Part shown: in pieces, positions 28,195 through 36,624 of the stretch
How positions within the stretch are numbered: position 1 is the stretch's first letter
Layout of the letters: every line of letters begins with the position of its first letter
From: Pyrinomonadaceae bacterium
GTDB taxonomy: Bacteria; Acidobacteriota; Blastocatellia; Pyrinomonadales; Pyrinomonadaceae
Length of the DNA stretch: 53,537 nucleotides
Assembly: GCA_040005335.1 (NCBI GenBank)
Contig: JBDTZD010000312.1
Span: 1-53,537, forward strand
Direction: 5' to 3'
Notes under the pieces: generated by a model
Told to the model about the DNA's origin: nothing
Databases searched by the model: none
The model's input: the letters and a program-made list of their open reading frames with translations, nothing else
Translations under genes and position numbers: made by a program

Positions 28195-29643
28195 TTAAAG
28201 TCCATGCTTTTTCATCATATGGTAGAGACGTGGGCGATAAATCCCGAGCATATTAGCAGCAGCTTGTTTATTGCCGTTGGTGCGGGTGAGTGCTGCCTGC
28301 ACGATTGAGCTTTCAAGTTGCTCAAAAATATCCGTCGAGGACATTTCGGCTGTTGCGTCAGGAGCTTTGCCGACGACAACTTCACCGATTCGCGTCCAGC
28401 TCAAATCTTCCTCACTTTGATTGCTATTAATAATTACCGACTCGAGCATTTCATTAGAAAAGGTTGTTTGTTGCTGCTGCTCAAACGGCAAATCTGAAAT
28501 TTCTATTTGTTCGCCTTTGCAAAGTAAAACGGCGCGTTCGATAATGTTCTGCAATTCGCGGACATTTCCTGGAAACGCATGTGTCACTAACAGCATTTGC
28601 GCTTCGCGCGCGATACCTCGCACTTTGCGCTTGTATTTTTCAGTGTAAATTTGTAAGAAGTGTTCAGCCAGCCGCAGAATGTCGTCGGCGCGTTCACGAA
28701 GCGGCGGAACGCGAATCGTAATTGTATTAATGCGATAAAATAAATCATCCCTTAATAACCCCAATTTAATTGCATCCGCTGGTTCGCGGTTAGTTGCGGT
28801 AATAAGGCGAAAATCAACTTTCTGCGGCTTCTCGCTGCCGACTTTGGTATACATTCTTTCCTGCAAAACGCGAAGTAATTTGGGCTGTAATTCAACCGGC
28901 ATTTCGGCGATTTCGTCGAGCAACAAGCTACCACCATCGGATTGACCAATCAATCCAACTTTCTCTCCGGTCGCGCCGGTAAAGGCGCCGCGGGTGTGCC
29001 CGAATAGCTCACTTTCAATAAGTTCTTTTGGCAGAGCAGCGCAATTGACTTTGATAAACGGTTTTTTTGAGCGCAGTGAATTGTAATGAATTGCATTGGC
29101 AATTAGTTCTTTACCCGTTCCCGATTCACCGATAATCAAAATCGAAGCATCCGATGGCGCAACGCTATCAATAATCTCGTATAAATTTTGCATTGCCTTG
29201 CTACCGCCAACGATTTCTTCGTAGGTTGTGCGCGTTGCAAGCTTACCGCGTAGCTGTTTGACCTCCTGCGAGCGGCCGGAAAGTTGTAAACCACGTTCAA
29301 CTAAAACTACCAAACGATCTAGGTTAATGGGCTTTTCAACAAAATAAAATGCTCCGTGTTTAGTCGCTTCGACCGCTACCTCGACCGCACCGTAACCGGA
29401 AATTACAATCACCTCAGTTTCGGGCAGAATCTCTTTGCTGCGCTGAAGTAATTCCATACCGTCCATGTCTGGAAGGCGCAAATCCGTCAAAATCAGATCC
29501 GGTCGCTCCTCGGCAATCATTTGTAATCCTTCACTACCGAGAGTCGCAGTCAGCACTTCATAACCTTTTGTTTGTAAACTTAACTGCAAAAATCCAAGCG
29601 TATCTAAATCGTCGTCAATTGCTAAAATCTTGTTCTTAGCCAA
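28195..29643 (-). CDS. Sigma-54-dependent response regulator (NtrC family: REC + AAA+ + Fis-type HTH)
   Basis: REC domain DLILTDLRLPDMDG. GESGTGKE Walker A. GAFTGA sigma-54 contact loop. C-terminal NGNKQAAANMLGIYRPRLYHMMKKHGL. No histidine kinase gene nearby. Confidence 0.9.
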   Translation of the reverse strand: MAKNKILAIDDDLDTLGFLQLSLQTKGYEVLTATLGSEGLQMIAEERPDLILTDLRLPDMDGMELLQRSKEILPETEVIVISGYGAVEVAVEATKHGAFYFVEKPINLDRLVVLVERGLQLSGRSQEVKQLRGKLATRTTYEEIVGGSKAMQNLYEIIDSVAPSDASILIIGESGTGKELIANAIHYNSLRSKKPFIKVNCAALPKELIESELFGHTRGAFTGATGEKVGLIGQSDGGSLLLDEIAEMPVELQPKLLRVLQERMYTKVGSEKPQKVDFRLITATNREPADAIKLGLLRDDLFYRINTITIRVPPLRERADDILRLAEHFLQIYTEKYKRKVRGIAREAQMLLVTHAFPGNVRELQNIIERAVLLCKGEQIEISDLPFEQQQQTTFSNEMLESVIINSNQSEEDLSWTRIGEVVVGKAPDATAEMSSTDIFEQLESSIVQAALTRTNGNKQAAANMLGIYRPRLYHMMKKHGL

Positions 29644-29729
29644 TTTTTATCACCTTTCACCTTGAGAAACTTGAAAACTGCGGGAGCGAATACGCCAGAA
29701 CTGGCGCATCGTTATTTTTGTATAGTCAT

Positions 29730-29756
29730 TGTACGACTTCAGTACGACTTCGTACA
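29730..29756. promoter_or_regulatory. Direct repeat with 11-bp period, GTACGACTTCa x2 plus GTAC (candidate regulator site)
   Basis: tGTACGACTTCaGTACGACTTCGTACa in the divergent intergenic region between the NtrC-like and YggT-like genes. Confidence 0.3.
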
Positions 29757-29838
29757 AATCAATGCTCGCTTTTACATACAATTGAGTTTACAATCAAAGC
29801 GCGTTAAACAATATTTTTCAATGCAATTAGGAGAATCA

Positions 29839-30354
29839 ATGGATAACAAACTCGAAATTGACGAAGCACGCAGAGCCACGCAGCATGAAATGGCTAAAGC
29901 GCAAATCGAAGCCGATGTAAACCAAGAAATAGTAGCCCGCGCCGACGTTTCATCGCCCCGCGAGCAAGCCAGAGTTGACGATCTAGCACAAGATTTCCGC
30001 GGTAAAGCCGTTGATGAAATTGCTGAAACAGAGCGCGAGGTCGAACGCGGGCGAACTGTGGCACGAATTTCGCAGTTTGTTGATTACGTATTTTACTTAA
30101 TATATTCGCTCTTTCTAATCAGGTTGGTTTTAAATTTGTTGGCGGCAAATTCCAAGAATGGTTTTGTGCAGTTTATTAATGCGATCACAAATCCGATGTA
30201 CGCTCCGTTCAGAGGGATTACAAATAGTCCGTCAACATCAGAAGGCAACACTTTAGCGTTGCCAATTGTGATTGCAATAATTGCTTATTTGTTATTGCAT
30301 CTGGCAATTAACGGTTTATTACGCCTTTTGGCGCATCGGAAAACGGAAGTTTGA
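29839..30354 (+). CDS. YggT-like membrane protein with charged N-terminal domain
   Basis: AGGAGA RBS then ATG at 29839. C-terminal FINAITNPMYAPFRGI...LPIVIAIIAYLLL. The track start at 29662 is an over-extension. Confidence 0.5.
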   Translation: MDNKLEIDEARRATQHEMAKAQIEADVNQEIVARADVSSPREQARVDDLAQDFRGKAVDEIAETEREVERGRTVARISQFVDYVFYLIYSLFLIRLVLNLLAANSKNGFVQFINAITNPMYAPFRGITNSPSTSEGNTLALPIVIAIIAYLLLHLAINGLLRLLAHRKTEV

Positions 30355-30425
30355 AAATTAAAGCAAAATGATGGATAAATGACTTGAATTCATCGTTTTA
30401 ACTTATAGATTCGGAGGACAAATTT

Positions 30426-30575
30426 ATGTTGTGGACAATTGTTGTAGTTTTGTTGGTTTTGTGGGTTTTAGGTTTTGTGGCATTGCCCTCGGCAGGTTAT
30501 CTCATTCACATTTTATTAGTACTTGCCATTGCTGTGGTGTTGATTCGCCTAATTCAAGGGCGCAACCCGGTCTAA
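30426..30575 (+). CDS. lmo0937-family small membrane protein (49 aa)
   Basis: Below the track size cutoff. Translation by hand: MLWTIVVVLLVLWVLGFVALPSAGYLIHILLVLAIAVVLIRLIQGRNPV, with ggagga upstream. Confidence 0.7.
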   Translation: MLWTIVVVLLVLWVLGFVALPSAGYLIHILLVLAIAVVLIRLIQGRNPV

Positions 30576-30631
30576 AAACTCAAGGACACTTTCAAAATTT
30601 TGACCGACTAAAGAGAATTAAAAGGATATCA

Positions 30632-31096
30632 ATGAAAATGGGCAAAAATTATAATAACGAAAATGGAGAAATGCGCCGTCAAACAACTTCCAGCAGTACG
30701 AGTGATAAGTTGACTTATCTGCTTCTCGGTGGCGGCATTGGTGCTTTAGTAGCATTACTATTTGCGCCGAAAGCGGGGCAGGAACTGCGCGGCGATATTG
30801 CAGATGTAACGCGCAAAGGTTATGACAAAACCTTGGAAACAGCACAGCACTTAAAAGAACAATCAGGTACATATTATCAGCAAATCAAGGAACAAGCTGG
30901 TGATGTTTACAATGTAGCGGCTGATAAGCTGAAAGGCACCACGCAACAAGTTGGTGATAATGCCGAGAACATTGGAAACAAAGCTTTAAACGCAGCTAAA
31001 GATGCTGGCAATCAAGTAGCTGACGCCGCAAAACAAACAGCAAACAATATTAGCGGCAGCGATGACGCTCAGAAAACTCAACACCACTCGGCCTAG
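30632..31096 (+). CDS. YtxH domain-containing protein
   Basis: LLGGGIGALVALLFAPKAGQELRGDI followed by a long amphipathic helix. aaaggat RBS. The track ORF 30431 (GTG) over-extends through the lmo0937-family gene. Confidence 0.8.
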   Translation: MKMGKNYNNENGEMRRQTTSSSTSDKLTYLLLGGGIGALVALLFAPKAGQELRGDIADVTRKGYDKTLETAQHLKEQSGTYYQQIKEQAGDVYNVAADKLKGTTQQVGDNAENIGNKALNAAKDAGNQVADAAKQTANNISGSDDAQKTQHHSA

Positions 31097-31150
31097 ACAG
31101 AAACGAATATTGTAGAAATATTAAACTGAGGTAACTTTATAAAGCGCGGA

Positions 31151-31191
31151 TTTCGTCTGGAATCCGCGCTTTGTTATTTTTAATAAAGGGT
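31151..31191 (+). terminator. Intrinsic terminator after the YtxH gene
   Basis: aaagcgcggatt / aatccgcgcttt 12-bp stem followed by gttattttt. Confidence 0.75.
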
Positions 31192-31272
31192 ATTAAATAA
31201 TGATAGGCAAGAATATTTAAAATTCGTAGCGCCTTACCTCTTATCGTTTTTCTCTCGCCATCTAAAGTTATG

Positions 31273-31288
31273 TGGCATCGTACTTGCA
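31273..31288 (+). promoter_or_regulatory. Sigma-54 -24/-12 promoter candidate
   Basis: TGGCATcgtacTTGCA with GG-N10-GC spacing. It ends 144 nt upstream of the ATG at 31433. Confidence 0.65.
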
Positions 31289-31432
31289 GGTAACTGCCTG
31301 TTAGATACCTCAAATGGGTAAATTCTTCTCCTCTGTTTTTGATGTTATTTATACGAAAAGACCTTGAAAACATTTTGCCATTAAAGCTTGACCAAATAAG
31401 GTCTCAAAATTTGAGTAGTAGGAGAAATAATT

Positions 31433-33049
31433 ATGAAAAAGTTTTTAGGAAGTCTCTTTGTTTTCACGTTAACCGGAGTTTTGCTTTATGTTACAAGCTG
31501 GGGGGCGTTTGCCCAAACTCGCCCATACCGTGTGAGTAACCGCCAGATTTCAAATCTGCTTGCAACAATCGAACGAGATTCGGACGCTTTTCGCAGCGCG
31601 GCAACAAATGCGCTGGACCGTAGCAGTTGGAATGGAACTCGTACCGAAGACGAAATCCAAAGCTATATCAACGATTTCGAGAATTCAACCGACGCGCTCA
31701 AAAGCAATTTTACCGACCGTCGATCGGTTAGCGCAGATGTCACAGACGTACTTAATAGAGCCGGAAACATTGATCGTTTCTTACAACAATATCGTCTTAA
31801 CACCCAAGTTTCAACAGCTTGGACGCGGGTTCGCAACGACTTAAATACGCTCGCAACTTACTATAACGTTCGGTATGATTGGACTCAAAGCAGCAATAAA
31901 TATCCAACTGACCGTTATCCAACAGGTAACACAAACAGTGCAGTTAATCGCTTAACCGGAACATATCGGCTTGATATTTCGCGTAGTTCGGACGTACAAG
32001 CAGAGATTGATCGCGCAACTACCGGCTTAAACGACAATCAACGTGATCGGGTTGGTCGCCAAGCATCACGTCGTCTTGAAGCCCCAGAGGAATTAGCGAT
32101 TGAACGCAATGGACGCAGTATCACTATTGCTTCCTCAAAATCCCCGCGCGTTACTCTCGACGCTGACGGACGCACTATTAGTGAACAGATGCCGAACGGG
32201 AAAACGATGAATGTAACGGCGACAATTTACGGTGACCAACTGACAATTAACTATGCCGGCGACCGGATGAATGATTTTTACGTCGCTTTTAATCCAGTGA
32301 GAGGAAACAACCGCAATGAGGGCGATGATCTGCGAGTCACACGCCGCATTTATCTTGAAGGAGTGAACCGTCAGATTTCGGTTGACAGCTATTACACAAA
32401 AACTTCTCCAACTGCGCAATTGGACACGATTTATCGTGGCGATAATAACGGCAATAATGGCGGAAACATTAACGACAACCGTTATCCAAGTAACAACGGC
32501 AATTTTACCGTTCCCAACGGAACGCAGCTGACTGCTGTTTTGCAAACTGATTTGGATACGCGTAATTCGAAAGAAGGCGACCGCTTTACAATGGAAGTGA
32601 ATTCACCGTCACAATACAACGGCGCAATCATCGAAGGCAAAGTTGGACGCGTTCAGCGTTCAGGTAGAGTTTCGGGTAGAGCGCAGCTTGAACTGGACTT
32701 TGAAACTATTCGAATGCGTAATGGACAAACATATAATTTTGAAGGTTTCGTTCAAAGCGCTAGAACAGCTAATGGTGACAATGTAAACATTGACAATGAA
32801 GGCGCGGTTCGCGAAGGCGACAATCAGACTAATAAAACTGTTGGACGCACGGCAATCGGGGCAACCTTAGGCGCTATTATAGGTGCCATTGCGGGCGGCG
32901 GAAGCGGTGCAGCGATTGGAGCAGGTGTGGGCGCTGGCGCTGGCGCTGGTTCAGTAATACTACAGGGACGCGATGATTTGAATCTAAAATCTGGAACTGA
33001 ATTGACAATTACAGCCAGTTCGCCGCGCGACATAGCCAATAACAGATAA
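31433..33049 (+). CDS. Secreted protein of unknown function with C-terminal glycine-zipper segment
   Basis: Signal peptide MKKFLGSLFVFTLTGVLLYVTSWGAFAQ. Asn/Gly-rich linker. GATLGAIIGAIAGGGSGAAIGAGVGAGAGAGS near the C-terminus. Confidence 0.6.
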   Translation: MKKFLGSLFVFTLTGVLLYVTSWGAFAQTRPYRVSNRQISNLLATIERDSDAFRSAATNALDRSSWNGTRTEDEIQSYINDFENSTDALKSNFTDRRSVSADVTDVLNRAGNIDRFLQQYRLNTQVSTAWTRVRNDLNTLATYYNVRYDWTQSSNKYPTDRYPTGNTNSAVNRLTGTYRLDISRSSDVQAEIDRATTGLNDNQRDRVGRQASRRLEAPEELAIERNGRSITIASSKSPRVTLDADGRTISEQMPNGKTMNVTATIYGDQLTINYAGDRMNDFYVAFNPVRGNNRNEGDDLRVTRRIYLEGVNRQISVDSYYTKTSPTAQLDTIYRGDNNGNNGGNINDNRYPSNNGNFTVPNGTQLTAVLQTDLDTRNSKEGDRFTMEVNSPSQYNGAIIEGKVGRVQRSGRVSGRAQLELDFETIRMRNGQTYNFEGFVQSARTANGDNVNIDNEGAVREGDNQTNKTVGRTAIGATLGAIIGAIAGGGSGAAIGAGVGAGAGAGSVILQGRDDLNLKSGTELTITASSPRDIANNR

Positions 33050-33116
33050 TGGAAGAATGTAAAACATTGAAGGCGAAATGATTTAATTCATTACCCAGTT
33101 TTCAGACGTTTTTGAC

Positions 33117-33145
33117 GGGCGAGAATAATAACTCGCCCTTTTTTA
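33117..33145 (+). terminator. Intrinsic terminator
   Basis: gggcgag-aataataa-ctcgccc followed by ttttttatt. Confidence 0.7.
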
Positions 33146-33240
33146 TTGAACTGAACAAGCGTAAAAATTCTTAACAAAAACAATTGAGAATCAAACGAAA
33201 AATTAAAGATATCTGTAAACGAGCAAATTATTATCCAAAA

Positions 33241-34296
33241 TTATTTACACTTTTCATTTGCAAGTAATTTTAGTAAACCGGCTTCTTCAGGGAGGTATTC
33301 AGGTTCGAGTTTATGAATCTGGCGTTTGGTGCGCGGTACAAATTCTCCAATTGTGATGCCTTTTTCGTAACAGGCAATAACAGTAGGGTGGACGTAACTA
33401 TTGCGGCATACTGCAGGCGTGTTACCAAGCCGTTCGGCGACTGTTTTAATTATACGCACAATGTTTTTTTTAAGCTGGGAGTTATTTTCCGCAGCCCCTA
33501 TCTCGGCTAATTCCCCGGCTGCCAAAACACTCGCCCCCCAAGTTCGAAAATCTTTTGCGCTAAATTCTCCTCCGGTTGCGTTTTTGATGTAATCGTTGAT
33601 GTCGCGCGGCTTAATGGGACAAGCTTTTCCAACATCGTCTTGATAATTGAACAGTTTGCTGCCGCCCATAGCTTTTAAATCACTCATAATTGTTGCAAGT
33701 TCTTTGTCAACGACCACGCGGCGATGCCGGATGTGATGCTTGCCGACGAAATTGAAATGTAGTTCTCCATTTCGTTTGATATGCAAGTGCCGATTTCTTA
33801 AAGTCGTCACGCCATATGTTTTGTAAAGTTTGACGCTTTCTTCTGACCCGACGCGAATGTATAAATCATTTATCAGGCGAATCATGACCGCCAGCACTTT
33901 TGATTTCGAGTATCCTTCAAGCGCAATATCAGCGTTCAATTGTTGCCTCAAAGTCGGTAAAGCGTGTCCAAACTCAGCAACTCGGGCAAATTTTATGGCT
34001 TGCCGTGCGATGGAAAACTTTTCGTTATATCGGTACTGAATACGCCCGGCTGTATCAATTCCAATTGCCTGCAATTTGCCGCGCGGACTTGGGCAAATTC
34101 GCACTTCCTTCCAGGCTGGCGGAATTACAAGAGATTTAATACGCTCAAGTTCCGTTTGAGCAGTTATTTTTTGGCCTTCAGCATTGACGTAGCGAAAATT
34201 GCGTTGTCCCAAACCGATGCGCCGAATCCATCTTATGCGGCTGCCGCGTTCAAGAACGCCGTTCACCTTTGAAGATTCATCATTTGAATTTTTCAT
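33241..34296 (-). CDS. Type IB DNA topoisomerase (bacterial/poxvirus type)
   Basis: LVIPPAWKEVRI, TTLRNRH, FVGKHH, AKDFRTWGASV, and CRNSYVHP carrying the catalytic Tyr. ATGA overlap with the upstream yihY-like gene. Confidence 0.85.
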   Translation of the reverse strand: MKNSNDESSKVNGVLERGSRIRWIRRIGLGQRNFRYVNAEGQKITAQTELERIKSLVIPPAWKEVRICPSPRGKLQAIGIDTAGRIQYRYNEKFSIARQAIKFARVAEFGHALPTLRQQLNADIALEGYSKSKVLAVMIRLINDLYIRVGSEESVKLYKTYGVTTLRNRHLHIKRNGELHFNFVGKHHIRHRRVVVDKELATIMSDLKAMGGSKLFNYQDDVGKACPIKPRDINDYIKNATGGEFSAKDFRTWGASVLAAGELAEIGAAENNSQLKKNIVRIIKTVAERLGNTPAVCRNSYVHPTVIACYEKGITIGEFVPRTKRQIHKLEPEYLPEEAGLLKLLANEKCK

Positions 34297-35453
34297 TTGC
34301 CGCGAAAACTACGCACAATTCCGGTAAGTATTGAAGCTGCTGCAAAAACTTTGGTGAAGATAGTTGAGCGGATGGGAAGATGTTTATCTTTATCAGCCAA
34401 AACACTTTCGTTTGTTGAATCTTTTACCTCAAGCAACTTTGAATTTACCGAGATTGATTTTTGTTTGTCCAATATTTCTTTATCACTCACCTTCGTATCA
34501 TCTGAGGCTGGTTCAGACTGTTGTTTTGTTGCGGCTTCGCGTCCGCCGTCTCGGGGTGATTTCTCACCTTTTGCTTTTGCATCCGGCTCACCTGATTGAG
34601 CCGCTGCGTTTTCAATTTCACAATTGATTTCACCGCCAATAAGAATTGCCGCACCGGTGAAATACAGCCAAAACATCAAAATAATGACTGCACCGAGTGA
34701 GCCATAAGTCGCACTGTATGAATTAAAATATTGCAGGTAAAGTCGAAAACCGAACGAAATTAATAGCCACAAGGCTACTGCAACAACAGCCCCAGGTGTG
34801 ATAAAACGCCAACTTTGCTCTTTTATGTCTGGCGAAAAATAATAAATCAATGAAATTGACAGCAAGACAAAAGTCAATACAATCAAGTATTGCAGGATTT
34901 GCCAGATAACACTTAAAACTGCTCCGAACCCCAGCTTTGCTGTTACATAATCATTAATTTGTCCACCAAAAAGCACTAGCGTAAGCGCAGAAATAATTAA
35001 AATGGCAAGCACCACAGTGAGAAAAACTGATAGCAACCTTCGCCACCACCATGATCGTGTCTCTTTGACTTCGTAAATCTTGTTGATGCTTTGTGTCAGA
35101 GCTTCTAAACCACTCGAAGCCGCCCATAACGCTAGAAGCAAACCTATTGTTAACTTGCCTCCACTAGAAGCCTGACTTACTTCTTTAATAACGGAACTAA
35201 CTAAATCAAGAGCAGAAGAGGGTAGGACAGTTCCAAGATATGTAAATAGATTCTTTTGTAATTTATTGTCGCTACCAACTATAAAACCAAATATTGAAGT
35301 CAAAAAAATCAAGAGGGGAAACAACGAAAACAAAAAATAATAAGCCAGTTGTGCAGCACTGTCTAAAAGCCCGTCTTTCCATATTTCTTTATAAACTCGC
35401 GTACCTAATTCACGGACTGACAAGCCGCCGAGTTTCCACAATGAAGAAGCCAT
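34293..35453 (-). CDS. YihY/BrkB-family membrane protein with hydrophilic C-terminal tail
   Basis: AAQLAYYFLFSLFPLLIFL. Six hydrophobic segments. Start ATG at 35453 or TTG at 35492. Confidence 0.8.
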   Translation of the reverse strand: MASSLWKLGGLSVRELGTRVYKEIWKDGLLDSAAQLAYYFLFSLFPLLIFLTSIFGFIVGSDNKLQKNLFTYLGTVLPSSALDLVSSVIKEVSQASSGGKLTIGLLLALWAASSGLEALTQSINKIYEVKETRSWWWRRLLSVFLTVVLAILIISALTLVLFGGQINDYVTAKLGFGAVLSVIWQILQYLIVLTFVLLSISLIYYFSPDIKEQSWRFITPGAVVAVALWLLISFGFRLYLQYFNSYSATYGSLGAVIILMFWLYFTGAAILIGGEINCEIENAAAQSGEPDAKAKGEKSPRDGGREAATKQQSEPASDDTKVSDKEILDKQKSISVNSKLLEVKDSTNESVLADKDKHLPIRSTIFTKVFAAASILTGIVRSFRGK

Positions 35454-35499
35454 CGTTGTACTATGAAAATCCCCTAGAAAACTTAAATGCAAAACGTAA

Positions 35500-35545
35500 A
35501 ATGTCCAAAGCTCAGGCTTTAACTAAAAGCTGAACTTTGAACATT
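35500..35545. repeat. Intercistronic hairpin (GTCCAAAG-type)
   Basis: aatgtccaaagctcag / ctgaactttgaacatt, a 16-bp stem with 2 mismatches and a 14-nt loop. Lies between the glsB-like and yihY-like genes. Confidence 0.55.
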
Positions 35546-35561
35546 AATTTTTTGAAAAAAC

Positions 35562-35852
35562 TTAGGCTCCTATACTTCGCCCTGTTGCCAAGCGGTAGAT
35601 AGCTAAAACAACAACTGCTCCAACGACCGCTAATAATAATCCCCAAATGCTGAAACCCATTCCGGTAGTGTCTGCAGCCGCACCTGAGCCAAACATAGCT
35701 CGTCCGATGAACCCGCCCACCAGCGCACCAACTATGCCCAGAACGATAGTAATGATTGTGCTGTTTGTATCAGGTCCCGGCATTACTGCTTTGGCTATAA
35801 AGCCCGCAATCAAACCAAAAACAATCCATAATACTATATCTGTAATTCCCAT
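35562..35852 (-). CDS. GlsB/YeaQ/YmgE-family stress-response membrane protein
   Basis: WIVFGLIAGFIAKAVMPG...GIVGALVGGFIG. 96 aa. Confidence 0.85.
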   Translation of the reverse strand: MGITDIVLWIVFGLIAGFIAKAVMPGPDTNSTIITIVLGIVGALVGGFIGRAMFGSGAAADTTGMGFSIWGLLLAVVGAVVVLAIYRLATGRSIGA

Positions 35853-35949
35853 TTCTTTTTCTCCTTCTTTCGTTAAACTTCCTGTTTCTCTTTGTCAACC
35901 GTATTTTGTACGCCGACAATACTTTAATTTCTCTGTACAGAGCATAAAA

Positions 35950-35964
35950 GCAAGAACCTTGCCA
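35950..35964 (-). promoter_or_regulatory. Sigma-54 -24/-12 promoter candidate (minus strand)
   Basis: The reverse complement reads TGGCAAggttcTTGC with GG-N10-GC spacing. It ends 97 nt upstream of the ATG at 35852. Confidence 0.65.
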
Positions 35965-36222
35965 CAGGAGAAAACATCATTCGGAATATCAGCTGATGAC
36001 TAAAAACTGCTTACTTTCATTCAGGTATTTTATAGAATTCAATAATTCAGTTGAGAATACAGCTCACGGCAAATGTTACAAAGAGAGAAAAAGCATACAC
36101 AAACAATTATCACTGCCCCCGACATCACAATTGATAAAATTACGGCGTATGCCTGTAATATCACAAATAAATCAGCGTGATTGTTCCAGAACTTAAAAAA
36201 ATTGGCATTACTAAATGAAATA

Positions 36223-36238
36223 TGGCGATGTCATTGCG
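36223..36238 (+). promoter_or_regulatory. Sigma-54 -24/-12 promoter candidate (distal)
   Basis: TGGCGAtgtcaTTGCG with GG-N10-GC spacing. It ends 386 nt upstream of the ATG at 36625. Confidence 0.45.
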
Positions 36239-36333
36239 CACTTTTTATTATTGGGGTTACGCAAGGCTTCAAGGACGTTTAAGCCAGATTGAAATAATTC
36301 CATACAGTTACAGAACTGTCAGTTTTGTTAATA

Positions 36334-36349
36334 TGGTTAAACCTTTGCG
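36334..36349 (+). promoter_or_regulatory. Sigma-54 -24/-12 promoter candidate (proximal, weaker -24)
   Basis: TGGTTAaacctTTGCG with GG-N10-GC spacing. Shares the atatgg...ttgcg flanks with the distal site. Confidence 0.35.
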
Positions 36350-36624
36350 TTATATTCGACAATATTTTATATCAAGTAATTTCATTCAATTACTTACTGC
36401 CTGACTTGTCATACTCACCAGGATTTTTTGGTACACAAACGTACAGATTGAGCCGGTTATTAAGCGCAAACTTGAAGGCATCAGTTCAAAATTGGCGCGA
36501 AAGATTAGATGTTCAGAGGCGTTGGCGGCAAGCAGTTAGCAACATGTTAACCGCAAACACTGGGCTTTTGTGTCTTTGAAAAACAACTTGCTCAATTAAA
36601 TTAAGGTTGTGAGGAGATTAAGAG

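Noticed and set aside
29662-29838. N-terminal extension of track ORF 29662-30354
   Set aside because: It runs through the divergent promoter region. AGGAGA plus the ATG at 29839 is a far better start.
30431-30631. N-terminal 67 residues of track ORF 30431-31096 (GTG start, Cys-rich)
   Set aside because: This segment overlaps a well-formed lmo0937-family miniprotein gene in another frame. The YtxH homolog starts naturally at the ATG at 30632, which has its own RBS.
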